In this document: piece after piece, positions 24,050-36,367 of the stretch
Position numbering within the stretch: position 1 is the stretch's first letter
How the letters are laid out: every line of letters starts with the position of its first letter
NCBI GenBank assembly: GCA_900088475.1
Contig: FLMG01003614.1
Coordinates: 1 to 53,867 of the forward strand
Direction of reading: 5' to 3'
Source of the DNA: Hyphochytrium catenoides
Lineage: Eukaryota; Protista; Hyphochytriomycota
DNA: 53,867 bases
Translations under genes and position numbers: made by a program
Notes under the pieces: generated by a model
The model's database searches: none
Seen by the model: the letters and a program-made list of their open reading frames with translations, nothing else
What the model was told of the DNA's origin: nothing

Positions 24050-26497
24050 ATGGGCCCTCTAGGACGTTCTTGGGCTGCAAGGCGGTACTTTTCCCAATCT
24101 GCTGGCAGGGGACAGCAATACTTTGAGGGCCAAACCGGATTGTGGGAGGTATAGGATCACAGTTGCAATGCCACTAAGTACGTTTCCTTGGTCGCCTCAC
24201 GGTTGTGACGCCCTTTCAGGCTTGCATTGGCCTGGAGATTCACGCTCAGATCATCTCGAGATCGAAACTCTTCTCAGGTAGATAAGGGAGGCTATGCGCT
24301 TTGTTTCCACGACACCCTGCACTAAGCAGCTCTTGACCTGCACTTAGATGGCTCGGCACTTTTCCAACTGGGCAAACCGAACTCTCAGGTGTCATACTTT
24401 GACGCAGCATTACCTGGCACATTACCAGTGCTAAATCAACACTGTGTGGACCAAGCGGTCAGGACAGCTCTTGCCCTCAAGAGCCGCGTGCAGGTAACCC
24501 GCTTTGTCGCAGTCGCTTCCACCAGCCACTGCTTTGCTGACAAGTACCTCAGCCTTATTCGATCTTTGAGCGGAAGCATTATTTCTATAGCGATCTGCCT
24601 CTTGGGTTCCAGACCACTCAGCAGCGGGCCCCAATCGCCGTAGGGGGAGAGTTCACCTTTCAGCTGCCAAAGGACAATAGAGCGCAAGCTGCATTGAACC
24701 AAAGCAGATCACGAAAAGAAAAGAACGAGAAACTGAAGGAGCTTAAGCAGCATCAATCACGCACCCAGGAGGTCTGTGACATCTCTATGCAATTTTGCAT
24801 TCTCCAACTCACACCATTCAAAGATGATATACTATCCCTTCCAGACTGTAACCTCTCCATCCCCTAGGTCCAAAAGGCACCCTTTTCACTCTTCACTAGT
24901 CTTACTAATCTGTGGCCACACATGCTATGTTACGCTTTATGAAACAGGAGCTTAGGTTCCGCACTTTGCACATAAATAGGATCCAATTGGAGCAAGACTC
25001 AGGTGAGTGCAGTGGAACTTAGCTTTCTCACTTCTCAGGTCCGGGGCTAAAGCTAGTAAGACTACTAGGGAAAAATAATCATGACTTGGATGCAAGACAG
25101 ACTCTTGTAGATCTCAATCGAGCAGGATGTGGGCTTATGGAGATCGTCTGCGAGCCAGACTTGCGCTCGCCCCTGGAGGCAGCAGGAGCGTTGAGATATT
25201 TGCAGCACCTTCTCCGCCACATCGGAACTTGTGATGGGAATATGGAGGAAGGCTCCATGCGGTGTGATCTGAACGTCAGTGTCAGGCCAGTAAGAGACAG
25301 CGAGAGTCAGGAAGGTAAGAGGGCCAGCCCCAAATTCTCTCTGTTTTTCGGAAATGTTAATGTGTGGCTTCAGAGGTGCCGTTTGGCGAGCGAGTAGAGA
25401 TCAAGAATATGAACAGCATCAAGAACCTTATAACTGCAGCCGAGTACGAAGTGTATCGACAGGTTTCGTATCTTACTCCTTGTCATTCGTTCTTCCGGCT
25501 ATTTTGCTCACCCAAGTCATTTGTTCTTTCCATGTCGTGTCTTCCCCCGCTGCTTTGTATAATACAAACACCCCGTTGCAGATCAGGCAGATTGAAGAGA
25601 CCGGGAAGCCCATTGAAAAGGCAACTAGAGGGTTCGATGCTATGAAAGGAGTAACGGTAAGGCTAAGGCTGTCACCGTTGCTAACTTTCCATCGCCCGAT
25701 AGTCAACACACTCACTCCCCTTTATGGTTAATTCCAACTTCTGGTTCACCTTCCCGCTCGTCCGCTTATCTGGCCAACTTTTTCTGACACGGTCATGCAT
25801 GTGCTCTCCAATATGCTGGCAGACCCATCAAAGAAGCAAAGAGGGAGCCAAAGACTACCGCTTCTTTCCCTGTCCAGACCTGCCTCCTTTGGTTCTGAGG
25901 AAAGAATACATTGATGAGCAGCGGGATGCTCTTCCAGAGCTCCCTGAAGCCCTGAGAGAGCGTCTTATTGCACAGTATCAGCTTCCCGCCTATGACGTAT
26001 CTATTTTGGTTGACGAAGGGGGTGCTGTACGGTTCTTTGAAGAGATCTTGAAGCAGAAGGAAGGGAGGAATCCAAAGCTGGTGGCGAACTGGCTAATCAA
26101 CGATCTCTTTGGTCTCTTGAAGGAGAAGAACGCCAGCCTAGCGTCCTCACCCATCAAACCTCAACATCTAGGAGAGCTGGTGGACTTAATAGAAGACGGC
26201 GACATAAGTGTTCGCGCAGCGAAGGATGTCCTGCAGCTTCTTTATGATGACCCAAGTAAAGGCGCAGCCCGCATAGTAGACGAGGGAGACTTCCGCCAGA
26301 TTAGCGACGTGGATCTCATAGAGACCTGGGCTAAGCAGGTCGTCGCTGATCCCGCCCATGCTAAGGCGGTGGAAGGCTATAAAAAGGGCAAGAAGAACCT
26401 CTTAGGTCTCTTCGTGGGGAAGGTCATGGCACTATCTAAGGGCAAGGCCAATCCTGAAATAGTAAACAGGTCCGTCCAGTCTTTGCTAGAGCAGTAA
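24050..26497 (+). CDS. gatB: Glu-tRNA(Gln) amidotransferase subunit B, mitochondrial (about 9 exons)
   Basis: Motifs [89 protein letters not shown] and a C-terminal Yqey-like [13 protein letters not shown]. The N-terminus [15 protein letters not shown] resembles a mitochondrial presequence. Confidence 0.95.
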
Positions 26498-26753
26498 AGA
26501 TACCCTCAGCCGGACCAGGAAGACGCGAAGCAGAGGTTAGCCCCCATGGCCAAGAGGGCTCTTCCCCTATGTACAGCTTCACGACACTCAGTAGGTTAAG
26601 TAAGTTAATATAAGTTTCGCCAAGAAAAGAAGCTATTGTTACATATAATAATTCGGGTTCCTACTCAGTCCTTTCATATGAGCTAACCAGTATGCAAAAG
26701 TCAATCCATTGTCTCTCTCTAACAGAGCTCCGTACCTTCTCCATCTCTTTCCG

Positions 26754-27335
26754 CTAAAAGTGTTGCATATGGGTGCGAAGATAGTATTCCACTGTGGATG
26801 CAATCGCTGCAATCCACCATTCAACCAAAAGGAACCGCCAGTTATCTTCCGACACGCCGTAGCCTGACCCAATCACGCTAATGAGCGCTATCTGATGGAT
26901 AAGAGCAAAGATACCCATAAACCAGGTTAGACTGAAGCCCACCTCAGCCCACCAACTGACGGATCTTTGTCTATGCGTAGCCGGAGCGTTTGTATGTCGC
27001 ATCGGGTTACTCTGCACCAGCAGGTAGCCCGTGCCAAAGATAAAGAGAACAAGGGAGACGCTGCCCATGGCAATGCTCATTGACTTCCGAGGGTTGAAGT
27101 TGCCCCACTGGCTAACCGCAATGATGATGTTGAGCAGGTACGAGGCTACCGCAATCACGAACCATCCCACTGCAAACTTCGTGGCGCGGGGGAACTGAAT
27201 GCCTCCAGTCCCAAAAGGAGAGCTGACCATGCTATTCCGTTCCATATTCGGAACCTGCTGCGTTGGAGTAGGAAGCACGGATGCTTGGCTGGGCTCTGCT
27301 GTGCCCTCTTCGTAGGATGAATATCCAGTACTCAT
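26754..27335 (-). CDS. Hypothetical 4-TM membrane protein (193 aa)
   Basis: Single ORF with four hydrophobic segments after a low-complexity N-terminus. No family recognised. Confidence 0.6.
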   Translation of the reverse strand: MSTGYSSYEEGTAEPSQASVLPTPTQQVPNMERNSMVSSPFGTGGIQFPRATKFAVGWFVIAVASYLLNIIIAVSQWGNFNPRKSMSIAMGSVSLVLFIFGTGYLLVQSNPMRHTNAPATHRQRSVSWWAEVGFSLTWFMGIFALIHQIALISVIGSGYGVSEDNWRFLLVEWWIAAIASTVEYYLRTHMQHF

Positions 27336-28591
27336 GGAGCTTCCTGAGCTGTCTACGTGCCTTCAGGAAGCGATGATGGAAGCTCAACTTACCGAGATAG
27401 TCGAGCTTTTCTGTCTCCAGAACTTTTGTCAGCAAGTTCTTTACTGTGCCTGATGCAGTGATGACTCTGGACCTGCGCGCTGCGCGGCAAGAAAACGTCT
27501 TAGGAGAAAGTCTCACAAGAAATGGCGATGTGACGCTGCGGTTGAAGGTCGGTCGTAGGGTACGGCAGCGGCAACAGGAGCGAGGAGCGGGTCAGACAGA
27601 CGGGACGGCGAAGGTGGGATAGGTTTCTACTCTTTGATAGGCGTTTAGAATGGTTATGTCTCTTTCTTCACTGGAAAAAGTCCACACAGAAAGAGCGTTT
27701 TCTTTCTTTCTATTTTTCCTTCCCTCTCCCAGAACGCCTCTCTAGCTAACTCTTTCTTTCTCAACTCCATCTCTTCCCTGTTTCATTCTGCCTTCTTTTG
27801 TACGTCTTCTGCTCTTTCTGTCTATTTGTCCTTTCTATATCTCTCTGGCTCTTTCTCTCCTACACTCACTTCGTTCATCAAAATTCGCACTCAGCACTGT
27901 TGATACCCCGTACTGATCTGTCTCACACAGTGTTTGATTCTTACTAGAGCTATCCTATCTCTCTCTTCCTCTGTCACTCGCCAGTCAGTTCTCTACTCTG
28001 GTTGTTGGGGTTCACCCTTCCTGCCCCTTTCCTGTCCTTTCTCTGGCTTGGCTGGTACTGTCCTCCACAATGACCGACCTTTCTGTGGGGAACTCAGCAA
28101 GAGTTGTATAAGAAGATAACCAGGTCATGTGTGTGCGTTTGTTTATATATAAGAATCAATCGGTATTTATAGTTAAGAATCTAATGAGAGTGTAGCCCTG
28201 TATGTGTTTGCTATGGTCACCGTCGAGTCAGAGCGCTCAAACCAATTCCCCATGCCAACAGGGCGGGTGAGAAGGGCCCTAAAGCAGGCAGTCCGCACGA
28301 CTGTTCCCAAGCTCCACCACCCCTATTTTGTTCTTCTTATTTTAGGAAACAGTTGTATGGTCAGTACCTCCACCTAATAATACGACTGGACACATCCACT
28401 GCGTGCACTTATCTAGCATGCCATTGTCAGAGTAGTAATGTCTAATAGTCGTCATACCAAAGACACCATCCCCGAAAATAACAGCTAAGGTTGTCCACCA
28501 TGCGCCGGAAACGACAAGGATCTATCGGTTTTGAGTTATGCTCCGCAGCATCCTCACAAGATGCCGACGCGGTGATGGTGGATCGTCGTCT

Positions 28592-28658
28592 GCCGCGGTC
28601 TCTATGAAGCTGCCAGAGCTGCCGCCGCGGTCTCTATGAAGCTGCAGAGCTGCCGCCG
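28592..28658. repeat. Tandem duplication of a ~32 bp unit (GCCGCGGTCTCTATGAAGCTGC[C]AGAGCTGCC x2)
   Basis: Directly visible; the copies differ by a 1-bp indel. Confidence 0.9.
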
Positions 28659-29899
28659 TTACTCTCCTGCCTGCTGGGCGACACTGTGCAGCATGATGGT
28701 AGCATGCGGCTCTGATTGAACAATGACGGGATCCGACCTCGGAGGAGGTTGAAGGACTGACGTGGGGCATTGGAATCTTGGTATGGGCTACGTCAGCGAC
28801 GTCCGTCCACATCCTCGGGGTCTCTTTCCTTTCTGATAGACAACGCGCGTCATGCCACCATAACCATCATGTCAACCTCAGCGGGGAAGAAGGAATTGGT
28901 CTTTTTGAAAAGAAGAGAAACTGTGGTTCTCTACAAACGCCCCATTCCCCACGTCACACCGCGGCATAGATGGAACACGCGGCTATTAACATGTCGAGGA
29001 TGATATTATTACTGTCGCGAGGAAACTGCCGGGTGGCGCCCAGCCACGCAGGAAACAATTAGATTTCTCTGCTTCTGTCTGTTAAGAAATGCGGACGTTC
29101 TGATTCTTCGCATTCTGGCCTTCCTCGACATCTGTAGGAGCTAACTTCCTAATTCTACAGGCTTAAGGACACCATCACCAATAAGGGGAACAATCTCCTA
29201 GCATAGAGCCATTATAATTAGCTTGAACACCTAAGCTTTCCTATACGCCGTCACTTATATAGAGCAGACTTGTTTAGGCATGTACCGTCAGCTCCTCCAT
29301 AAGCTCTTCAATTCTTATCCTTCCTTGTCGTCGTCCCACGAGGAAAGACAACTTTCCACTGCTCTAGGACAACTCTTGTTGATCCCAAGCTTGCCCTACC
29401 TCGCGCTAACCTGTTATTCTTGAATCGTAATGACAGAAAGTTGACAGGAGTTTGGTTGACGAATGTTGGCGAAGGAAGACTATCGCCTTACTATATAACG
29501 TCACAGTGTAGGCAAAGTTCCTCTTTGCATCGAGAGAGAGGTTGAACAAAACTGTAAGATCGTACGGGGACGACTATAAACTGGAAGTGATCAAGATAGA
29601 GCCCCGAGGACCCAGGGAAACATCCCATCCCATTTGTCAATGAATAAAGCTCGGGTGTTCCCGTCACTTCTTCCTCTCTGGGCGCGTCTGACACAGAGAC
29701 GGGAGGTTTTCAAGCCAAATGATCCCGGAGTGATAGCCACTCTCTTGTTTGAACTCCATTTCGTCCAGTTTGACTACCTTGAGAAGAGCCGTTATTGATC
29801 TGCATTTCCCTTCTTACGCTAGAATCCTCCTCAGAAAGAAGCCTGTCTTTGTCGTCACCTCATGTGGCCTAAAGCCCTGCTCACTGGTGGACAATCCTG

Positions 29900-32799
29900 C
29901 TACCTTCTGCTACCTCTCCTTTGTGCTCGGATGCTCCCCTTCCTCATAGCTTCATAGCCAAGCTCTAGACTCGAACGCTCCTCCAATGCGGGATCGTCTG
30001 TTTTTTTGCTGATGGCAGGCTCCTGTTCACCCTCACCGTTCAATGACTGCACCTCCATATCGTCGCCCTTAGACCTGAGGGAGATCGATCTGCCACTAGA
30101 CGAGGTTGAGGAATTGGGAATATATGGCAGACGCTGACTAGAGATGGAGCTACTCTCTCCTCCTCCTGCGCTTAGTTGAGCCTTCAATGACTTCAATTCA
30201 TCCATGTAAACTGTGCGTTCCATACACTCTCTGTGAACAGTGGCTTGGAGCAACCTGATCTCCTGTGTGTAAGAAAGGTCTTGGTGAGAGGCCAGAAGAC
30301 TCCAAACTGAACAAAATCTGCTAATTACCTTTTCTTTGGCAGTGATGCTGAGTTCCATGTCTCGCAGCTTTGCTTGAAGCTGCTGCTTCTCTGTCTCGTG
30401 GAGTTGAATGGCCTGGGAGGATTGTGCGAGAGAGGCTTGCAGTTTTAGGTTTGACGCTCTTAGCGCTTCGTTCTGTTGCTTATGCTCCTCTTGCTCTGCC
30501 TTGAGCATGGCATGTAAATCCTCCAGCTTCAGCTTCTCTTGGCTGAGTCGGGCGAGTTCCTTTACAATTTTCTGATTGTCAGACTCTTTACTTAGCGCCA
30601 GCTCTTTGTTCTGCGTTGAAAGAGCAGCGGCAATGTTGAGAGGAGCCAGTGACGCAAGAAGCTAACGTGGAAGGATGGCAACAGGCTTACCACTGTGGAG
30701 AGCTTTTCGAACTTTGCCAGAAGGGTTTTTTCGCGATTGGCTGCGGCATCAAACTGCGTCTGGAGGTCTTGGAGCTGTTGCTGCTTATCCTTCAGCTGCT
30801 CCTGCAACTTTTCGTGTCTCGCTTCCATCTCCCTGTCCCTTTCTTGCCAAGTTGCCTACTAACAAGAGTCAGAAGGGACAGGCAAACAGGGAGCTGCAGA
30901 TCCTCACCTCCTTTTCCTTCAAGCAGTGTCTGAGCTCCAGGTTCGCGGTGTTTAGAACTTCTATTCTTGTTTGTACTTCTGACGTGGTTCTTTTTCCATG
31001 CTCCTGCTGCTCCGTAAGCTGTGCTGCTAGCAGGGCTGTTTCATGCTTTAAGCTAAATATTTCTCTTTTTTCTTTAGCCAACTGCTCCTTGAGGTTCGAC
31101 TTGTCCATCTCTAGGGCTACGAGCTAGAGTTACCATGGCTGAGCACAAGAAGTGGCATCTATGGGAAAGAGGGAATTGACACCTGACCTTATCCTTCATG
31201 GTCTCCCTGTCTAGGGTTCCGGTCCTAACCTGCTCCTCGAGAGCAACTAACTCTGCTTCATGTCGCTTCCGCGAAGCCTCGAGTTCCTCTTTTAGTCTGT
31301 TGTGTTCCTCGTCGAGGGCTTGCCATTGGTGCTGAAAGGTCCGACCATCCTTTAAAGCTGTCTCTAGCTAGATGGTCGACACAGGTACCCTCACGATGTT
31401 AATCCCTGTCACACCGAACTAGTGGTGAGGCTTTGGCCAGCAGACTTTTACCTTCTTTCGCAGGTCACTATTGTCCTTGTCTAACTGCTGTTGCCATCCC
31501 TTTTCAGCTTCCTTCTCCCTGTTAAGCTCCTCTGATCTTCTTAGCATGTGCCGCAGCTGGACTCCCACCTATTTATTGTCAGAAAAGTCTTAGATAGCTT
31601 TTATTGGTCCCTTAGTCAAAGACACTTGTACCTCGTCCCGTAGCCGCGTTATCAATGCCTCTTGGCTAATGGAAACTTCGGTCGCCTCTCGCCTCAGTTC
31701 ATGCTGCTGGCGGCGAAGTACTTCTATTCTTTCCTAGTGGTGTCGAGAGAGAAGTAGTAACGGCGCCATGAAGAATTTGTCGTGAATGGAGCAAAAGGGA
31801 AGTGCAAACGGAAGGGCAGACCAAGCCCTACAAGGGTTCGACCAAGAGGTATCTTATGGCTCTGTCCTGAGCGACACCTCTGTTGCACTGCTGCAGAATA
31901 GATGGAGGGCATACCTTAGTTTCAGCATAAACAGCGACTGATTGCTTTTTGTGGTGACTCCGTAGCTCAGCTAGCTGACGCTGTAGCTCGACAATCTACA
32001 CGGGTCAAAGAGTCAAAAGTTAGCTCATGACTGATGCTCTGGAAGCGTGGATTGGTGCAAGACCCGACCTTGGCAGATAACTCTTGCTGAGCGCTCAGTG
32101 CCGCGTTAGACAGTTCCTCCCTTAGAAGCATCAGCTTTTGGGCCCATTGGCGCTCGCAGTCGGTTAGAGAACGCCGATAGTGCTCCTCAGCCTCAGCTCT
32201 TCCCATGGTCAGCTCCTTGAGTTGGCCAGATTGGCTGTTGACTTGCGCCCCTAACGTAGCTACCTGGCCCTGTGTTTTGTAGATCGAGGGGTGGGAAGTG
32301 ACCCATGCGGAGAGACGGGAATCTTGAGATAAGGTGACAAGAGGAAGTAATATTGGAGAGTAAGGAAAGCCATAAGGATAGCGAGAAAGGAGCGAAGGAA
32401 GGTAAGATGGACATAAGATCCAGAGACATTCTTGGGCATGAGTGGTAGACTGTCAAACAGAAAGCGGATGCACCAGAGGGAGAACTAATGTACGTGGACC
32501 ACCTTCAGTGCCTGGCTCTCCTGTTCAAGTGCCTTCCTCTCAGCATCTAGTCCTTGCAGCTTCTTCTGTAGCTCCTTGAACTCGGAGAAGATTAGGTAGC
32601 TGACTCCACAGAAGCTGTGGACAGAGCGGTGGACGTGAGGTTGAGCTCAGCGTATGAAGAAGCCCCTGCAAGCCTACCCGCAGGACGTCTCGTCCTTGGA
32701 GAGAGCCCTGACATGCTCTGGTAGCTCCTCTCTGCCTGGCCCGTTGTGCAGCTCCTCCAGTGTGGGGTCTCGAAGCTCTTGTTCCTTCTTCCTACTCAT
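29900..32799 (-). CDS. LEKR1: LEKR1-like long coiled-coil protein (about 11 exons)
   Basis: The spliced N-terminus LPEHVRALSKDETSCGFCGVSYLIFSEFKEL and the C-terminal LQATVHRECMER match my recollection of the LEKR1 motifs LPEEI...CKYCGVSYLILHEFK and LQETVRRECEER. The sequence between is E/K/L/Q-rich heptads. Confidence 0.7.
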
Positions 32800-33617
32800 G
32801 CTGTCAGGCACCGTTTACATTCTACCTAGCTAGTCATCCGGCAAGTCGTCACAGCAGGACAAAGAACTAAGCAACAATTATGCAAGGCGCCTTCCGAGCA
32901 GACACAACGCTCTCATCGGGGACATTGAGGCTGGTTCTGCCATCCGCTTTACCCTTCGCATGCCCCTGCTTCTGCAGCCGCTCCTCGTCCTGCTGATGCC
33001 TCTGCTGCCCAAATATATGAGCGGGCCTTACTAGCATTTGATGGGCGCCTCCATCGGTCCTGTTCTTGACGGACCTGTGATCCTGGTCAACCTGGGCCCA
33101 AAGCCCAATCAATAACATCACAAAGGCGTTACGAATCTAGCGGCTAACGTCTAGCGGGACAAGGAAAGGAATCATAGCTCTCCTGTCAAAATTATCCGAT
33201 GACGGATGGCGTAGGTCAGAGTCTTTGATCTTCAATCGTCTCTTCCAAGTGGCGTCTTGTCCCCAGAAACTGTCTCTTGGTACTGTCGCCTCTACTGCAC
33301 GATATAGGCTAAGTGCTTGCTGGCGTTATCAAGACAAAGAGCACCCATTGACCCTGTCCTTCTGTTCCCTCCCGCTACTGATGTCTCAGGGCCTGCGGTC
33401 AGTAATGGGCCCAAATGGCTTCCCTCTGTCTGTGTGTACCGTACACCTTCCCTTTATGGGGATATGTGCGGTCGATGAACATCGTCTACACGAAGCGCAG
33501 AAGAGATCTGCCTCCAAAATGTGATCACTGGGACTACCGGTGGCTGTCAGTGGAACGGAGTACAGTCCAGCCCAAACGATAAACAAAACGGGCATATCTA
33601 TTAATATACATATTCGT

Positions 33618-34793
33618 CTATAACATCTTCATGTCAGCCTTCTTTCGATAGCCTCTTGCAGGCAGTAGCGCCACAAGCCAACGCGGTGGACTTCTGAGAC
33701 TGTAGATGACTGCGCCAGCAATGACAAGAGCAGAGCCAAGACAGTGTTTAAAGGTGAACTTGTTTCCAAATAGAAAGACACTGAGAAAGAGACTGGTCAC
33801 CTTCCTGATGCTTAGCACCAGGCTGAGCGTGAGAGATGAAGTCTCACAAAGCAGCTTGTACACCCCGGAAACACACAGTGCTTGGGACACTGATCCCGCT
33901 ATGAGCCAAAATATCAACGAGAGTGTCTCTCCCTGGCTCTCTGTTCTAGATACTGCTGAAGAGGCAAGCTTGGTTATAAATTCTCGCTCAGAATAGAGCA
34001 GTACAGGCAAGGAGAGCAAGTGCGAGTAGAGTTGCATCTCTAGAGAAACATCCTTCTTTATCTGCGCAGGCGACTTCTCCTTTTCTCCAAGAGAGTGAAG
34101 TGATCGGAGAAGAACCTCCTCTTGCCAATGACCCAAGACAGCCCCAAGTAGAAGACTGACGCACAGCAATAGCATGCCAAAGCCTTCGGACTTTAACCAA
34201 TCAACCGTGCTGCCCACGTCAAGCTTCATGCCAAAGAGCTCATCATCCAATGGACTGTCACATCTAGCAAGTCCCAAGGAACAGGAGGAAGGTGGAGTGC
34301 GGTGATCTGCTCCTTCCTCGATCCTCCCCATTTTGGCATAGAGGTCTGCGAAGGCCGTCACAGCGGCACCTCCCACTACGATAAGAGCTCCTAAGCTCTT
34401 GTGCGCGGGGAACCTCTTGCCAAAGCAAAGCATCCCCACGAGTAGGTTTGCCGCGACGCCGCTGGACCGAAAAACTATTGTCACAGGCACAGAGACGCCA
34501 AATGATGGTGCCACGTTGACGCTCCAAGACGTGAAGAAGAAGACAAGAGTCATTGCCAGATGTACAATCAACGGGATCCTTCTCAATGGGATATCGCATT
34601 GAAAGATGCTCCGCATGTTAATACTTTTCAGACTCTGGAAGTAGGCTTGAAGAACCACACAGAGAAATTGCCCGAGCATAAAGAGCGGGCCAGCCAGTGG
34701 GTCCCTCTGAACCACCATTTCGAAGGAGATAACAGTGAAGCAGCAACCCAGCATTATCATCATAGTAGCAGACAATACGGTGGGGTTGAACAT
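33618..34793 (-). CDS. UAA-family nucleotide-sugar transporter (SLC35B4/YEA4-like, UDP-GlcNAc/UDP-xylose)
   Basis: Single-exon 391 aa multi-TM ORF with LGCC...FE, RRIPL, VSVPVTIVFRSSG, YSHLLSLP, CVSGV and SSLTLSLVLSIRKVTSLFLSVFLFGN. Confidence 0.88.
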   Translation of the reverse strand: MFNPTVLSATMMIMLGCCFTVISFEMVVQRDPLAGPLFMLGQFLCVVLQAYFQSLKSINMRSIFQCDIPLRRIPLIVHLAMTLVFFFTSWSVNVAPSFGVSVPVTIVFRSSGVAANLLVGMLCFGKRFPAHKSLGALIVVGGAAVTAFADLYAKMGRIEEGADHRTPPSSCSLGLARCDSPLDDELFGMKLDVGSTVDWLKSEGFGMLLLCVSLLLGAVLGHWQEEVLLRSLHSLGEKEKSPAQIKKDVSLEMQLYSHLLSLPVLLYSEREFITKLASSAVSRTESQGETLSLIFWLIAGSVSQALCVSGVYKLLCETSSLTLSLVLSIRKVTSLFLSVFLFGNKFTFKHCLGSALVIAGAVIYSLRSPPRWLVALLPARGYRKKADMKML

Positions 34794-36367
34794 TGTTCTA
34801 TTCTTGGAGCACCGCTTGCCGAGATCTCTGGTAAAGATTGCAACCCGAGTCAGTGCAACCGAAGGCTAAACCGCCAGAATGAAAGCGGTACGACCTCCTT
34901 AACTACCACTCAGGACCCGGACTGACAGGGTTACCTGGGAGTGGGCAAGCGAGACGGCCACCGCCATCGGTCGCTGCCATCCTCCACCTACAACGATGAG
35001 AAAATCTCACGAGTACAGTGGCAGAGTTACCCACGGCGTTTCTTGGTCATCTCCTTTGAAGGCGAATAGCGTTCGACTTACCGCTAATGCCAATGATGAC
35101 CGCTGCTGGTACTTGTGCCGGCTGAGGTGACAGGCTGAGATGTCTCCAACGTCAGTCAGCGCTCTGCTGCTATAAATTCTCTACAAGGTGTTGGGAAGGC
35201 TGCCCGCAAAAACTTTCTTTGCTTTCTGGTGGAGATACAGTTCAAGAGAGCGACTATCCTGGGACCAATAGAAGGACAGTGCCAGTAGCTACATTTTTGA
35301 CATGCAGTTTGTATTGATTACTCTTCAGCAGTTTAATGTATGCAGCTGCGTGGTAAACAAGTCTCTGGCGACTAATATAGGCTGCAGTGTGGAGCTGACG
35401 AAGGGAAAGGGCTACACATTTCCTGCAACAGGCTCGGGCTTCACGCTTGATGGCTCCATGCCCTTGATGCTTGAGTCTTCATCCTTCTCATTCCTTCGTT
35501 GGCATCGTCGGGAATCTTCCAGAGGCCCATGCACCTGCCCGTTCAATGGCTTCATGGCAGCATTATGGCGGGATGGAGGAGATAGAAGAGCGAGAGGAGT
35601 TCTTGCTGCTTCTTGTGTAGATCTGAAGACTTCCTACTCGAGGGTGGCTGCTGGACCACTACTGCTCTACCAGTCATCGTGTATACGTTCTCTTCGTACG
35701 AACTCATGGATCAGGATAATTCCTCTTACTGCTGCTGTATGAATGCTCCGTCAAAATAATCAGGTCCTTTCTTTGGAGAAAGCTGAAGTCATAGAAGAAG
35801 ACCGCTGCTGGCTGGTCCAGCTGTCATCATCTTCAGGAGGGCGCTGATATGCTACCTTGCCCTCTTGCTACTGGTCTGTACCTCCGCGGTTGCTTCTGTT
35901 GCCTAGTCTCCTCGGCAGACATACAGCGCTAAGCATTAACCTTTTGGCAGATCTTTTTCTTCTTCTGCAAGTCTCTGTGGCATAGCATAGTTATTTTGAT
36001 GGTGCTATGTATGTTGCCTTGTCCTTGGTCGTTGAGAAGGGATAATAAGAGAGGTCAGCATCGGGGTGCTCAAGTTGTGATGATGTGGTGGTGGTGGTGT
36101 GGCGGGAATATCATTAGTGGTAAGGCAACACCCTCTTCATTTATGACAGGACGCGGACACGCGCAGCAGGTGGTCCCACACCAAAAAACAGCTTTAGGGT
36201 GGGGTTAAGCCGTAGCAGCAACCGCCACCACTAGTTTCTGCGGAGCTAGCGCCGACAATCAATAAACGTCCCTCGCACAGAGGACAGCGAGCAGCGATGA
36301 CGCAAAAACGATCTACTATTTTGTACATAAATATGACGGAGGACACTGAAAGAACGAGCTCAAGTTT

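Noticed and set aside
23614-26497. tRNA-Glu adjacent to gatB as a functional 'transamidation cluster'
   Set aside because: GatCAB acts on organellar Glu-tRNA(Gln). This is an ordinary cytosolic-type tRNA-Glu, so the adjacency is probably chance.
28592-28658. CRISPR-like repeat
   Set aside because: Only two adjacent copies with no spacer, no cas genes, and a eukaryotic context.
32867-33595. Small gene between the LEKR1-like and transporter genes (and exon-like fragments at 8130-8690)
   Set aside because: Splice-like signals are present, but there is no convincing start-to-stop model or recognisable family.
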